This document shows positions 54,257-62,607 of a stretch of DNA of 64,000 nucleotides, piece by piece. The notes beneath the pieces were generated by a model. The model was not told where the DNA came from and made no database searches. It saw nothing but the letters and a program-made list of their open reading frames with translations. How positions within the stretch are numbered: the first letter of the stretch is position 1; every line of letters starts with the position of its first letter. The DNA lies in assembly GCF_001194135.2 (NCBI RefSeq), contig NC_069005.1, positions 32,891,573 to 32,955,572 on the forward strand, read 5' to 3'. The translations under genes were made by a program, and so were the position numbers. The DNA comes from Octopus bimaculoides. Taxonomy: Eukaryota.

Positions 54257-55239
54257 GCAAGTTTGCTTTCTGCTCTTCAGAGGGGAGAGGAAAAAAACTA
54301 TGGGTATTATAACTATTCATATCCCAGCTGTCACAAAGTACAGGGCTTTGTGCCAAGTCAAGAGAAACTAATAATTTAAATATTATCAATGTTTACATAT
54401 TTAANNNNNNNNNNNNNNNNNNNNNNNNNNNNNNNNNNNNNNNNNNNNNNNNNNNNNNNNNNNNNNNNNNNNNNNNNNNNNNNNNNNNNNNNNNNNNNNN
54501 NNNNNNNNNNNNNNNNNNNNNNNNNNNNNNNNNNNNNNNNNNNNNNNNNNNNNNNNNNNNNNNNNNNNNNNNNNNNNNNNNNNNNNNNNNNNNNNNNNNN
54601 NNNNNNNNNNNNNNNNNNNNNNNNNNNNNNNNNNNNNNNNNNNNNNNNNNNNNNNNNNNNNNNNNNNNNNNNNNNNNNNNNNNNNNNNNNNNNNNNNNNN
54701 NNNNNNNNNNNNNNNNNNNNNNNNNNNNNNNNNNNNNNNNNNNNNNNNNNNNNNNNNNNNNNNNNNNNNNNNNNNNNNNNNNNNNNNNNNNNNNNNNNNN
54801 NNNNNNNNNNNNNNNNNNNNNNNNNNNNNNNNNNNNNNNNNNNNNNNNNNNNNNNNNNNNNNNNNNNNNNNNNNNNNNNNNNNNNNNNNNNNNNNNNNNN
54901 NNNNNNNNNNNNNNNNNNNNNNNNNNNNNNNNNNNNNNNNNNNNNNNNNNNNNNNNNNNNNNNNNNNNNNNNNNNNNNNNNNNNNNNNNNNNNNNNNNNN
55001 NNNNNNNNNNNNNNNNNNNNNNNNNNNNNNNNNNNNNNNNNNNNNNNNNNNNNNNNNNNNNNNNNNNNNNNNNNNNNNNNNNNNNNNNNNNNNNNNNNNN
55101 NNNNNNNNNNNNNNNNNNNNNNNNNNNNNNNNNNNNNNNNNNNNNNNNNNNNNNNNNNNNNNNNNNNNNNNNNNNNNNNNNNNNNNNNNNNNNNNNNNNN
55201 NNNNNNNNNNNNNNNNNNNNNNNNNNNNNNNNNNNNNNN

Positions 55240-55270
<31 letters not shown>

Positions 55271-55746
55271 TCTACACATACATACACACACAGACCTATA
55301 CACTTAGTAGCTCTCCTTTAACGAGAAAAAGTAATTAGTTGGAAAACGGTAGAATAGAATAACTTGACATCTATGCCTCACTGGTGATGATGAATGATGG
55401 TGGTGGTGGTGCCAATGATGAGTGTTGTGTCACCATAGAGGCAGTAGGCAGGTAAGTGGAAGGGTGAGAAAGAGATAGGAGATAAGAGGGGAGCCAGAAT
55501 AGGGAGCTGTGTGCATGTGAGAGGTGCTCTGCGTGTGAGTAAGTGTACACAGGAGGGAGAGAGAGATAGACAAAGTGAGAGAGAGATTATTTTCTATGTG
55601 ACCCACTTTCATAGTGAATGCATTAAAGGCAGCAGTAATAGTAATATCCGCAACAATAACCTTTCTTCGTCACTGCCCAGTTTTGTGTGCCCGCGCAATT
55701 GTGTGTGAGTGAGAACGTGTGCTGTGCTGTGGTGTGTTGTGCTGTG

Positions 55747-55780
<34 letters not shown>

Positions 55781-58700
55781 ACGCACACGCATGTACTTGT
55801 TTACATATGCTTTTATATCTAAGTCTAACACACATATCCAAATAGCTATATGTAACACTGCCAATCATATTGATTACTGAGAGCTAGCTCAGCGACGACG
55901 TCTGCAGCAGCAGCAGCTGGAGGGCAGGCAGGCAGGCAGATGTTGGATGGATGGATGGATGGATGGATGGATGGATGGAGGGAGGGAGGGACGGAGAGCA
56001 AGAGGGACAGATGGACGGAGAAGGAATGGACGAATATAGTGAAGGAGATGGAGGTGGAGACGGCAAGCACCAGGACACGGGTGCATCCAATGATCTGGAC
56101 GGTGGTGGTGGTGGTGGTGGAGAGTGAGTATATGAGTGTATCAGTTGTTGTTAGCAACTGGCACGATCTGGTAAAAGACACCAAAGAGAAAGAGAATGGG
56201 GGAGGGTAAGAGAGAGAGAGAGACCAGACACACTTGTATTGAAAACAATACTAAACACACATCAGTTGATATGAGCTGCTTTCGAACATGAAATGGAAGG
56301 TGAATTTTAAGATTGATAACAACAACATGCAAACATTAATAGTTGTCTGCTGCTGAAGATACACACACACACACACACGTGCACACATGTGCGTGTGTGT
56401 GTGTGTGTGTGTGTGTATATAGAGGAGTAAAATCAAATAAAATATGCAAAAAGAATATGCGAAGCAGAGGAGGGGGAGGAGAAAAAAAAGAAAAAGAGAA
56501 AGTGATGTGTACGTGTGCAGAGACACAGAGAAACAAATAAATAAACAAATGGAGAAATGATGGATTAAAGGAAAAAGAAGAGGAAGAAGAAAAGGAAGAA
56601 GAAGAAGTTGAAAAGGAAGAAAAAGAAGAAGAAGAAGAAAAGGAAGAAGAAGAAGAAGAAGAAGAAGAAGGTCGCTAATAAACAGAGGATGGAATTAGTG
56701 ACGGAGAAATATTGGAATATTATCAGTGTGATGATAATCTGTGTTGCTATAGCGATTGAAACAGAGTGATCAACAAAAACCATCTCGAATATGATCATAT
56801 CCCCACCTCTACACACACACACACAGGTCTTGCTATTAACAATTATTTTTTTTTCTCGTTTTTGTTTCATTTATTTATTACTTACAGCATTTTTGTTCGC
56901 TGAGAGACCCATCCCCCCTCCACCAAGTCTTAAAGTATACAACCATGTGAAATTTTACAAATGGCTTTCATATCTAGGTGCATTTTTACCTGTGCCGACT
57001 GTTACAATAATTAAAACCCACCGCCGCCACCACCACCACCACCACCGCCAGCAGCAGCACCCAGTGCCACTTGAAAGAGAGAGAGAGAGAGAGAAAAAGA
57101 GAGAGAGGAGGACTAGCAGTGCTACTTGTATTAGTCAGGGAGAGACCAAAAGTAAATACATGTTAGAACACAGCTTATTGATCTTTTATTCAGTTTACAA
57201 GTCGAGAGCAGACAAAATGCCAATTGAGGAAACTAATTGAAGATATTGTCGTCACGAGCATGTGCAGTAGCAATCTGTTAACGTAGCAGTTTAAAAATAA
57301 GAGGATTTTAAGCAAGAAAATTATCCTAAATGCTTCAGGATAATATAAGCAATAAGTACTTTTGTGTGGCAGATAATAACAAAAGGTACTGAAGGATTTA
57401 ATTTCTTTCCTTAATATCCAATCTCCTATTGGCTAAATTTGTTCAATGAAATGATTTATTCACTGGCCCTGCCTACCACAGCCACACAGCACCAGTAGCT
57501 GCTGCTTTCTCCTATGACACATTATCAATAATAACATCACTGCAGCTATATTATTTTCAGTTTTATCATCATCACCGCCACCACTGCCAACACCATTCCT
57601 GCCCCATGTTCACTGTAACTGGGGAGAGAACTAAGAAAGGAGCGTAATATTTGAGCAGCAAATTTAATCTTTTGCTTCAGCTAATCATATGACTTGAGAG
57701 GAGAGAGAAGAGCAAACAAAAATTTATGTGTTTAGTGATTAAATTGAATCACTGAATCAACAGATGCCACATGACAAACAACATATAAACAACAATACCA
57801 CCAAAACAGTTTGTTGTTGTTTATAAATACTGTAATACATCAACAGCGACACTGAAGATTGTAACTATAATTAATACCTAAATCTGTTTCCCCCCCCCCT
57901 CACTTGACAACCGATGCTGGTGTGTTTACGTCCCCCGTAACTTAGCGGTTCGGCAAAAGAGACCGATAGAATAAGTACTAGGCTTACAAAGAATAAGTCC
58001 TGGGGGTCAATTTGCTTGATGCTGAGCTAATCTTTTCTTGTTGGAAAATACTTGAAACTCAAGAAATATTAATTAGAATAACAATGATTATGAAAATCCT
58101 AATCCGAAAATGTATGAATAATGAAAATAATTTCATTTCCAATTATTGTACTAATTGTTAATTTAGAAACTATTCTGATTCATAAAGTCTGACATTTTTG
58201 ATCATTAAACATCACATTTCATTTCTGTTTTTTTACAAACTAATTATACCATTCATCAAATATGCGGACCCTTTTCTCTTTCTCAACAATCTCTTATGAA
58301 ATCCTTTTCAGTTAACTTCCTAGCAATTAAGTTTTCAGACCCAACCTTTTATATCTTTTACTCGTTTCAGTCATTAGCCCCTGTGGCCATACTGGGGCAC
58401 TGCCTTGAAGAACTTGACTTCAGTACTTCCATTCTTTTCTTTTTTTTTTTTAAGCCTATTGTCAAGCAATGGAGGAAGACAAAAACAGACCACAACACAC
58501 AAACGACAGGCTTCTTTTAGTTTCTGTCGACCAAATCCACTCGCACAGCTTTGTTAAGCCCAAGTCCAAGGTGCCATGCAGTGGGACTGAACCTGGAACC
58601 ATGTGGCTGGGAAGCTCCTTACCACACCACAACACCTGTGCCTAACTTTCTTTCTAATAACCTGTCCTAACTTGAACCAATGAGAAAGCCTTAACATCAG

Positions 58701-61700
58701 CCAGTTTCAACCCTTTTTCATTTTTTTGATCCACAGCACAAAAAAAAAGGGTACTAAATGTGTTGTGACACAGAACCACCTTGCTTCAAAAAAAGCAGGT
58801 ATTGACAATGTTTTAAAGCAGAAGTGAGCAGGAGACACACTCACCCACACATTGCACTTTCCCACAAAGAAATACTCATGCACCACTATAGTGTAATGAA
58901 AGACACTCAAGCGTTCTAAAAATTCTTTGCAGTTTTTAGGTTACCTCAAAAGCTCATGACACACTTGAAGGCCGTGTGCCACAATTACAGCAGATGATGA
59001 TGATGATGATGGTGGTCATACACTGTAGATGTGAATGGACTTGTAAAAGAAGACAGGCTGCATCACTTTTCATTTTGAATTCAAATTTTGCCAAGATCAA
59101 CTTTGTCCTTCCATCTTGAGAGGGTTGCTGACATAAAATAGTCATGCTGTATCAGCAGGATGGTGTAATCAACTATTCCTGACTCTTTATTAAATTTGTG
59201 ACCTTATCAATGTGAATACCCGTCAGAGTGTAAGTATCTTGAGAGAAAAGCTGAACATTAGAAGCATCAGTTGTGGCGTGCAAGAGAGACGATTGCGCTG
59301 GTATGGACATGTGGTGAGAATGGAGGAGGATAGCTGCGTGAAAAAGTGCCACACCCTAACAGTTGAGGGAACCCGTGGAAGAGGTAGGCCCAGGAAGACC
59401 TGGGCTGAGGTGGTGAGGCAAGACCTTCGTACATTGGGCCTCACCGAGGCGATGANNNNNNNNNNNNNNNNNNNNNNNNNNNNNNNNNNNNNNNNNNNNN
59501 NNNNNNNNNNNNNNNNNNNNNNNNNNNNNNNNNNNNNNNNNNNNNNNNNNNNNNNNNNNNNNNNNNNNNNNNNNNNNNNNNNNNNNNNNNNNNNNNNNNN
59601 NNNNNNNNNNNNNNNNNNNNNNNNNNNNNNNNNNNNNNNNNNNNNNNNNNNNNNNNNNNNNNNNNNNNNNNNNNNNNNNNNNNNNNNNNNNNNNNNNNNN
59701 NNNNNNNNNNNNNNNNNNNNNNNNNNNNNNNNNNNNNNNNNNNNNNNNNNNNNNNNNNNNNNGGCACATAAAAGACACCATTTCGAGCGTGGTCGTTTTC
59801 GTGCGGGTGACACGTAAAAGCACCCACTACACTCTCTGAGTGGTTGGCGTTAGGAAGGGCATCCAGCTGTAGAAACTCTGCCAAATCAGACTGGAGCCTG
59901 GTGTTGCCATCCGGTTTCACCAGTCCTCAGTCAAATCGTCCAACCCATGCTAGCATGGAAAGCGGACGTTAAACGATGATGATGATGATGATGATGATAC
60001 CTACGTTAGAAATCAATATTAATTAAAGTAATTCACTACGAGAAAACTTGTTCCAGAAGTGTTGAAAATGTCTTAATTCTATTTCCAATGCTTTGAAACA
60101 AAAAAAATAGTCAGATCTAACTAAATTATATTATGTTCAATTCTTACAAAAGGAAATGAAAAAAAAGTAACATATACCAAATTACAGCCATGGCATTACT
60201 TGAAAATTATCTGAATAAGTTATTTGGAGTTAGGAGAGACAGGTATTGCGGAATACATTTGGTTAAATACCAGTTGTCAGGCATAATTTCGTCATCAGTG
60301 TTACTGTTTCTAGAAGGTTAGCTTCCAGATTCTGATTATGTTTGTCTTATAGATTCACAATATAATGAGGAGAGAGAGAGAGAGAGATTTTTATCTAACA
60401 GGTATTTTGATATAAACAACAAGGAGATGAACTCTAGACCATGTAAAGAGACATGTTGTCAATCCTACTAGTGACAATGGTGAAGTCCTGTAAGTGAAGG
60501 AGGTTTAGAGCAATGTAAAGTAAATGAATGGAAGCGAGTTGTTAACAGGCCTAAACATAAATGCTTTGGAGAAGAATTAAAGAAAGAGCAGGTTGGGATA
60601 AAGACTGGAAGAGAATAAAGGAAGGAAAATCTTCAATGCAAAATGAGAAAGCCAGCTGTAAAGATTATGGAAATGAAGAGTAAAAGAAAAACCTTAAGTA
60701 AGCCACCGCAAGATAGAGCTTCCAACAAAACAAAGCATTAGACTTGGTTTTTTTTTTTAATGGTCTTATCAATAAAAATATTTCTTAAATAAACAGGTAA
60801 CGAAAAATGGCTTCTCAAAAGTTAATTATTCAAATTACCACAACTTGTTTTAGAAAACTGTTTGAATGTAACAATAAAGCTGGAAAGTAAATTTCAATAA
60901 TACCAAAAAAAAAAAAAAATAATAATAATAATAAAATCAAGATTGAGAAGAAGAAGAAGAAGGATAGAAATTGCTAAAAGCTGTTCTGTTAATTAATAAT
61001 GATATAATTATACTAAACATTATTATTTCCACAAGTAAATTAAAGATTGTAGCTCTTTTAAGTAAGGGAAGTGAGGAGGTGGGGGGATTGAGCATTGCTC
61101 AGAAACTAACACTGAAATTCCTTTCTTGTGTTTGTATTTAGAGCATAGAGTCAGTATTATGGTCTTAGAAAACAAAGTCTGCAGCACGGTTTCAATTTCT
61201 GGTGATAGCTGTTTCTTTTCACATATGGTGCTAGAAACTATGTTAACATTACAACCATACACAACTTACCTATTATCACTTCAACCACACTGGGTAATTT
61301 GTTTGCATTCTCGTTATATGCATCTTTGGCATCTAGCACTTCCCCAGGGTAGTATCGACTCCATTCATCCAAGACGGATCGAGAAGCCTGGTCTGTATCC
61401 CGGTAGGTATTGCCAGTCAGAGTACCACACAGACCGTATGGAGCAAGGATTACTACAACAAAGGGAAACAAGAAAACATCAGGGAAGGTTTCAATCAAGA
61501 AATGCAGTTTAGAAGATGGCAACTTATTTTTACTGGGAGTGGGGGAAAAAATAAACATGATTTTTATTTTTTGAAAAAAAGTTTTTTAAAAGTGATTTTA
61601 CCTTGTAGAGGAGAAGTGCTTTCTTGCACCAGGGTAAGATGTTGGGGAGTTAGCCTCCATACTGGAGGGTGTTGTTTAATCTCTATACTGGCACACACAC

Positions 61701-62211
61701 TACTTTCTCCATGAAGGAAAAAATGGAAGCAGAATGATAAATGGGAACTGAAGAAGAAGAAGAAAACAAAGCAAGATTAGAGTTTGTTTTGAAAACCTTT
61801 TCTTTTATTTATTTACTAACATCTTCAGACAGAGACACAAGAAATGACAAAGATAACTCTTACAGGTATTACAAAGAGCTCTGATTACTCAAGGGATATT
61901 GCATTTTATAGAACAGAAATTTACATTGATACATTAAATCAATAAGTGATTTAATTTAAATAACTTGAAACAAAAGCAAAACAAAAAAAGAGCTACGATA
62001 TTGAAAACATAAAAACTGCTCTACAGGTTTGCTGTCTTTGATTGATGCCATAAATAGATTTTCATTTGAATGTAATTGTTAATTAATTGATAAAATAGGA
62101 CATGAGAGATAAACACAGGTAGATATTTACCTCCTGTCTGAAGGAGAATTTTGGTCATATGGCTGCACAAACCACTTTCCAAGCCGTATGAAGTTTTTTG
62201 TGAGTAGACAT
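4539..62211 (-). CDS. MED13: Mediator of RNA polymerase II transcription subunit 13 (MED13/skuld), 28 exons in window, 5'-partial; ~2098 aa encoded here
   Basis: Translated exons match MED13 hallmark motifs in order: [162 protein letters not shown]...[10 protein letters not shown]. All 27 introns are GT-AG with consistent phase and exon lengths sum to an open frame. Confidence 0.97.
4872..4984 (-). CDS. MED13: MED13 exon w27 (113 nt): [37 protein letters not shown](R)
   Basis: atgttgcag acceptor, GAG/gtaagt donor; HPLDSNxTxDVLR motif. Confidence 0.96.
5500..5664 (-). CDS. MED13: MED13 exon w26 (165 nt): [44 protein letters not shown]...NILK
   Basis: ctgtttcag acceptor, AAG/gtcagt donor. Confidence 0.96.
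5834..5944. repeat. 22-bp minisatellite, ~5 units (gacagagcttccactcaactat)
   Basis: Direct tandem units visible at 5879, 5901 and 5923, with degenerate units at 5834-5878. Confidence 0.85.
6173..6424 (-). CDS. MED13: MED13 exon w25 (252 nt): [12 protein letters not shown]...[11 protein letters not shown], acidic linker
   Basis: ctccttgcag acceptor, GCA/gtaagt donor; in phase with w24 and w26. Confidence 0.9.
6613..6802 (+). mobile_element. Family B MITE copy, opposite orientation and abutting 6803-7123
   Basis: ttaatgccttagcattcagattattctg...gaattaatc...ttagaatggcattgtag aligns by eye with family B. Confidence 0.7.
6803..7123 (-). mobile_element. TTAA-flanked MITE (piggyBac-like, family B) carrying a nested family A insertion
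   Basis: TTAA-ccctttagtgtt ... aatactaaaggg-TTAA terminal inverted repeats; family A fragment at 6982-7087 inside. Confidence 0.75.
7212..7480 (-). CDS. MED13: MED13 exon w24 (269 nt): [11 protein letters not shown]...[12 protein letters not shown]...[15 protein letters not shown]
   Basis: tttccaacag acceptor, CAG/gtaaaa donor. Confidence 0.96.
7884..8090. repeat. Degenerate ~36-bp tandem array, 6 units, core ctgggtacctcaa
   Basis: gtacctc (one copy gtatatc) at 7888, 7933, 7969, 8005, 8042 and 8078 (spacing 45, 36, 36, 37, 36). Confidence 0.75.
8095..8446 (-). mobile_element. tRNA-derived SINE with CORE-like central motif
   Basis: Minus strand reads ggctcagtagttagagc...tgtgttcttgagcaagacactt; related copies at 16939-17215(+) and 18185-18432(-). 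Confidence 0.65.
8554..8696 (-). CDS. MED13: MED13 exon w23 (143 nt): [17 protein letters not shown]...[12 protein letters not shown]
   Basis: ctaatttcag acceptor, AAG/gtaagg donor. Confidence 0.97.
8837..9066 (-). CDS. MED13: MED13 exon w22 (230 nt): [18 protein letters not shown]...[17 protein letters not shown]...INIEIPN(R)
   Basis: atctgtag acceptor, CCG/gtaagt donor; Med13_C/PIWI-like core. Confidence 0.97.
9203..9372. mobile_element. Penelope-like retroelement terminal fragment with short inverted copy
   Basis: 22-nt inverted arms (9231-9252 / 9339-9360, one wobble) enclose a hammerhead motif; an inverted pseudo-LTR plus hammerhead is typical of Penelope-like elements. Confidence 0.55.
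9276..9321 (+). ncRNA. Minimal type I hammerhead ribozyme motif (Penelope-like-element associated)
   Basis: gacac-CTGATGA-a-ggctg(gagggtatat)cagcc-GAAA-tgtt-gtgtt: core boxes present, 5-bp stem II, 5-bp stem I (gacac/gtgtt), 4-nt self-complementary stem III. Confidence 0.7.
9657..9839 (-). CDS. MED13: MED13 exon w21 (183 nt): IIPSEAV...[13 protein letters not shown]...[18 protein letters not shown]
   Basis: tgttttcag acceptor, GAG/gtaagt donor. Confidence 0.96.
10073..10314 (-). CDS. MED13: MED13 exon w20 (242 nt): DGGADS...[15 protein letters not shown]...[25 protein letters not shown]
   Basis: gtttatgtag acceptor, CAA/gtgagt donor; hand-translated; matches PPAIVVYIIDPFTY. Confidence 0.95.
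10636..10828 (+). mobile_element. RTE 3'-end-derived repeat (family A) copy
   Basis: Near-identical to 59810-59997 (gcacccactacactc...ggcatccagctgtagaaactctgcc...gcatggaaagc...aaacgatgatg). Other copies: 6982-7087(+), 23238-23283(+), 23617-23663(+), 26065-26170(+), 30030-30205(+), 40067-40440(+), 50985-51170(+). Confidence 0.85.
11185..11559 (-). CDS. MED13: MED13 exon w19 (375 nt): [15 protein letters not shown]...Q19...PDDMNK, S/T/Q/N-rich insert
   Basis: gctctttcag acceptor; AAG/gtatgt donor is the one in phase with w20; begins with a GPYLASLPLD-like motif. Confidence 0.88.
11582..11643. repeat. (AAT)n microsatellite immediately upstream of the exon w19 acceptor
   Basis: Direct reading. 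The window has many other (CA)n, (TA)n, (GA)n, (GAT)n (36572-36612) and (GGAT)n (55945-55978) tracts. Confidence 0.9.
11883..11942 (-). CDS. MED13: MED13 exon w18 (60 nt): [20 protein letters not shown]
   Basis: tgtttcag acceptor, TGG/gtaagt donor; matches SKLKLYAQVCRYDL. Confidence 0.95.
12277..12526 (-). CDS. MED13: MED13 exon w17 (250 nt): [21 protein letters not shown]...EDWFNYI
   Basis: ttatttcag acceptor, TTG/gtaagt donor. Confidence 0.96.
12674..12771 (-). CDS. MED13: MED13 exon w16 (98 nt): [33 protein letters not shown]
   Basis: ttatttcag acceptor, TGG/gtaagt donor; hand-translated; matches GTDESPEPLPIPTFLLGYD...SPFALPYW. Confidence 0.96.
14014..14184 (-). CDS. MED13: MED13 exon w15 (171 nt): [31 protein letters not shown]...[14 protein letters not shown]
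   Basis: ttttaatag acceptor, GAG/gtaagc donor; strong MED13 motif match. Confidence 0.96.
14741..14866 (-). CDS. MED13: MED13 exon w14 (126 nt): [13 protein letters not shown]...[13 protein letters not shown]
   Basis: ctcttgcag acceptor, CAAG/gtaggt donor; KSSCLHxW motif. Confidence 0.93.
18667..18878. mobile_element. hAT/Charlie-like MITE
   Basis: Termini caatagttctcaac / gttgggaacccctg; weak 8-bp target duplication atatagag / acatagca. Confidence 0.55.
23769..24472 (-). CDS. MED13: MED13 exon w13 (704 nt) with [32 protein letters not shown] and [12 protein letters not shown]
   Basis: ctttccacag acceptor, CAAG/gtaagt donor; highly conserved start of the MID/MedPIWI region. Confidence 0.96.
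26263..26417 (-). CDS. MED13: MED13 exon w12 (155 nt): [22 protein letters not shown]...[13 protein letters not shown]
   Basis: tttcttccag acceptor, AAG/gtatga donor; matches [22 protein letters not shown]...YRQSW. Confidence 0.93.
27430..27900 (+). mobile_element. Possible highly decayed CR1/L2-group LINE 3' end
   Basis: Fragments translate like TGHKL and [14 protein letters not shown], resembling CR1-type TRGH.LK and R...LWN.LP motifs; heavily disrupted. Confidence 0.3.
28110..28270 (-). CDS. MED13: MED13 exon w11 (161 nt): [18 protein letters not shown]...TDSSK
   Basis: ctctttgcag acceptor, AAG/gtacgc donor; invariant MYPTPPSLE motif. Confidence 0.93.
29094..29263 (+). mobile_element. 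Family B MITE, internally deleted, TTAA at both ends
   Basis: TTAA-ccctttagcatt...aatgctgaagga-TTAA. Further copies: 15600-15788(+), 35520-35690(-), 41100-41304(-). Confidence 0.75.
29407..29491 (-). CDS. MED13: MED13 exon w10 (85 nt): [28 protein letters not shown]
   Basis: gagtttcag acceptor, ATAG/gtatgt donor; phase-compatible with neighbours. Confidence 0.83.
30325..30464 (-). CDS. MED13: MED13 exon w9 (140 nt): ITAVGSPP...[28 protein letters not shown]
   Basis: ttacctttcag acceptor, GTA/gtgagt donor; matches vertebrate [24 protein letters not shown]. Confidence 0.88.
32080..32116 (-). CDS. MED13: MED13 micro-exon w8 (37 nt): [12 protein letters not shown](S)
   Basis: ttctattttag acceptor, ACA/gtaagt donor; the only phase 0-to-1 exon found that restores the frame between w7 and w9. 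Confidence 0.8.
32447..32714 (-). CDS. MED13: MED13 exon w7 (268 nt): [11 protein letters not shown]...HDPYEFTDE...SSPLK
   Basis: ttgtag acceptor, AAG/gtaagc donor; DPYEF motif (vertebrate DPYAF). Confidence 0.88.
40164..40347. mobile_element. hAT/Charlie-like MITE nested in a family A copy
   Basis: TIR cagtggttctcaac / gttgagaaccgttg; degenerate 8-bp target duplication ccttagaa / ccttaaac. Confidence 0.7.
40880..41095 (+). mobile_element. Tc1/mariner transposase N-terminal (HTH) remnant
   Basis: Translation ...[29 protein letters not shown] resembles the mariner HTH motif (L..VYGE.CMS...VY.W..RF..G), with W replaced by a stop. Confidence 0.6.
43530..43685 (+). mobile_element. AT-rich interspersed repeat (family F), second copy at ~50450-50570
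   Basis: ttaaaacc...aaatttcatgt...cagcttaat...ttattttcaaaattaatt is shared between the two loci. Confidence 0.55.
43879..44030 (-). mobile_element. Family A repeat, reverse orientation
   Basis: catttaatgtc...catgctggcatgg...gatgcccttcctaatgcccaccactttacag is the reverse complement of family A. Confidence 0.75.
44169..45266 (-). CDS. MED13: MED13 exon w6 (1098 nt), intrinsically disordered region with Gly/Ser and polyQ tracts
   Basis: cttgtttcag acceptor, TTG/gtaagt donor; 365 open codons; contains IPFHRR and PTLSPHPP motifs resembling vertebrate TPFHHR and PPLSPHP. Confidence 0.92.
46975..47255 (-). mobile_element. Decayed RTE-clade LINE fragment (second subfamily)
   Basis: Minus translation [38 protein letters not shown]...DRTPWR with in-frame stops. 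Confidence 0.7.
47442..47525 (-). CDS. MED13: MED13 exon w5 (84 nt): [27 protein letters not shown](R)
   Basis: cacttctag acceptor, CAG/gtaaac donor; WDF...CxC-R motif conserved in MED13. Confidence 0.9.
48396..48741 (-). CDS. MED13: MED13 exon w4 (346 nt): [11 protein letters not shown]...GPLTPPTSP...AGISK(R)
   Basis: ttccag acceptor joins EVII+A GVHMRYP (vertebrate EVLVAGVRMIYP); AAAG/gtaacg donor. Confidence 0.94.
51172..51370 (-). mobile_element. Family D SINE, reverse orientation
   Basis: Ends aattctgccagctcgcc (reverse complement of the family D head). Other minus copies: 26468-26600, 28298-28508, 32270-32390, 36750-36956, 45545-45905. Confidence 0.75.
53226..53450 (+). mobile_element. 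tRNA-derived SINE (family D), near full length
   Basis: ggcgagctggcagaa...gagttcaaatgcc...aaggtaccagctgag-like body...ggccttgtgccaaaatttgaaattattatt; A/B-box-like head and (ATT)n tail. Other plus copies: 13545-13740, 52740-52890. Confidence 0.75.
56570..56668. repeat. Purine-only (GAA)n/(GGAAGAA) tract
   Basis: About 100 nt of near-pure A/G; a similar tract lies at 17291-17340. Confidence 0.9.
58360..58645 (-). mobile_element. tRNA-derived SINE (family E)
   Basis: caaggtgccatgcagtgggactgaacc head is shared with 18990-19050 and 47944-48110; the tttcagtcatt...ggccat..tgg.gcac tail is shared with 34555-34660 and 26805-26850; plus-oriented parts at 21500-21870 and 57890-58020. Confidence 0.65.
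59207..59997 (+). mobile_element. 5'-truncated RTE-clade LINE (RT C-terminus, 3' UTR and (GAT)n tail), interrupted by an N-gap
   Basis: Open frame [47 protein letters not shown] is a typical RTE C-terminus; ends aaacgatgatgat... Confidence 0.85.
61270..61452 (-). CDS. MED13: MED13 exon w3 (183 nt): [14 protein letters not shown]...LPSVVEVII
   Basis: ttgttgtag acceptor, ATAG/gtaagt donor; part of ORF 61238-61558. Confidence 0.95.
61602..61747 (-). CDS. MED13: MED13 exon w2 (146 nt): [48 protein letters not shown]
   Basis: ttcttcag acceptor, CAAG/gtaaaa donor; hand-translated (not in ORF track); Med13_N-type motif FFLHGxSxVC. Confidence 0.95.
62131..62211 (-). CDS. MED13: MED13 exon w1 (81 nt): (R)[26 protein letters not shown](S)
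   Basis: ttctgcag acceptor, AG/gtaaat donor; matches the vertebrate RCLMNRNFVRIGKWFVKPY block. Confidence 0.95.
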
Positions 62212-62607
62212 CTGCAGAAAGAAAACAACAACATGTTAATTAGAAATAAATTAACAACAACAATAACAAACGGAAAATACATCATCAATTTATATTGCAG
62301 AACAGCTAAATCAATATCAATACAATTGAGAATATCAAAATAGGAAAACACTTGTAATGTTGTTTGTCTCGCTCCTTTCTATTAAGCACATAGCCAACAA
62401 GGGAGCATCGGATTGAGTCAATGAAGGGAGAAACCAACGAGAGAGTGCCTGTAGAAACTGATGAGGATGGTTTTATGTGAGCCAATGAGGAAAAGATCTG
62501 TGTCGATCAATGAGGGTGGGACTAGCTGAGCCATTGTGGGACTGGCTATGCAATCATTTGACCTGATGAAAACACCAGCCAAATCTTATTCACAGCACAC
62601 CCCAATG

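Noticed and set aside
60280-60305. Minus-strand CTGATGA-C-GAAA
   Set aside because: No stem II and no stem I or III pairing; chance match.
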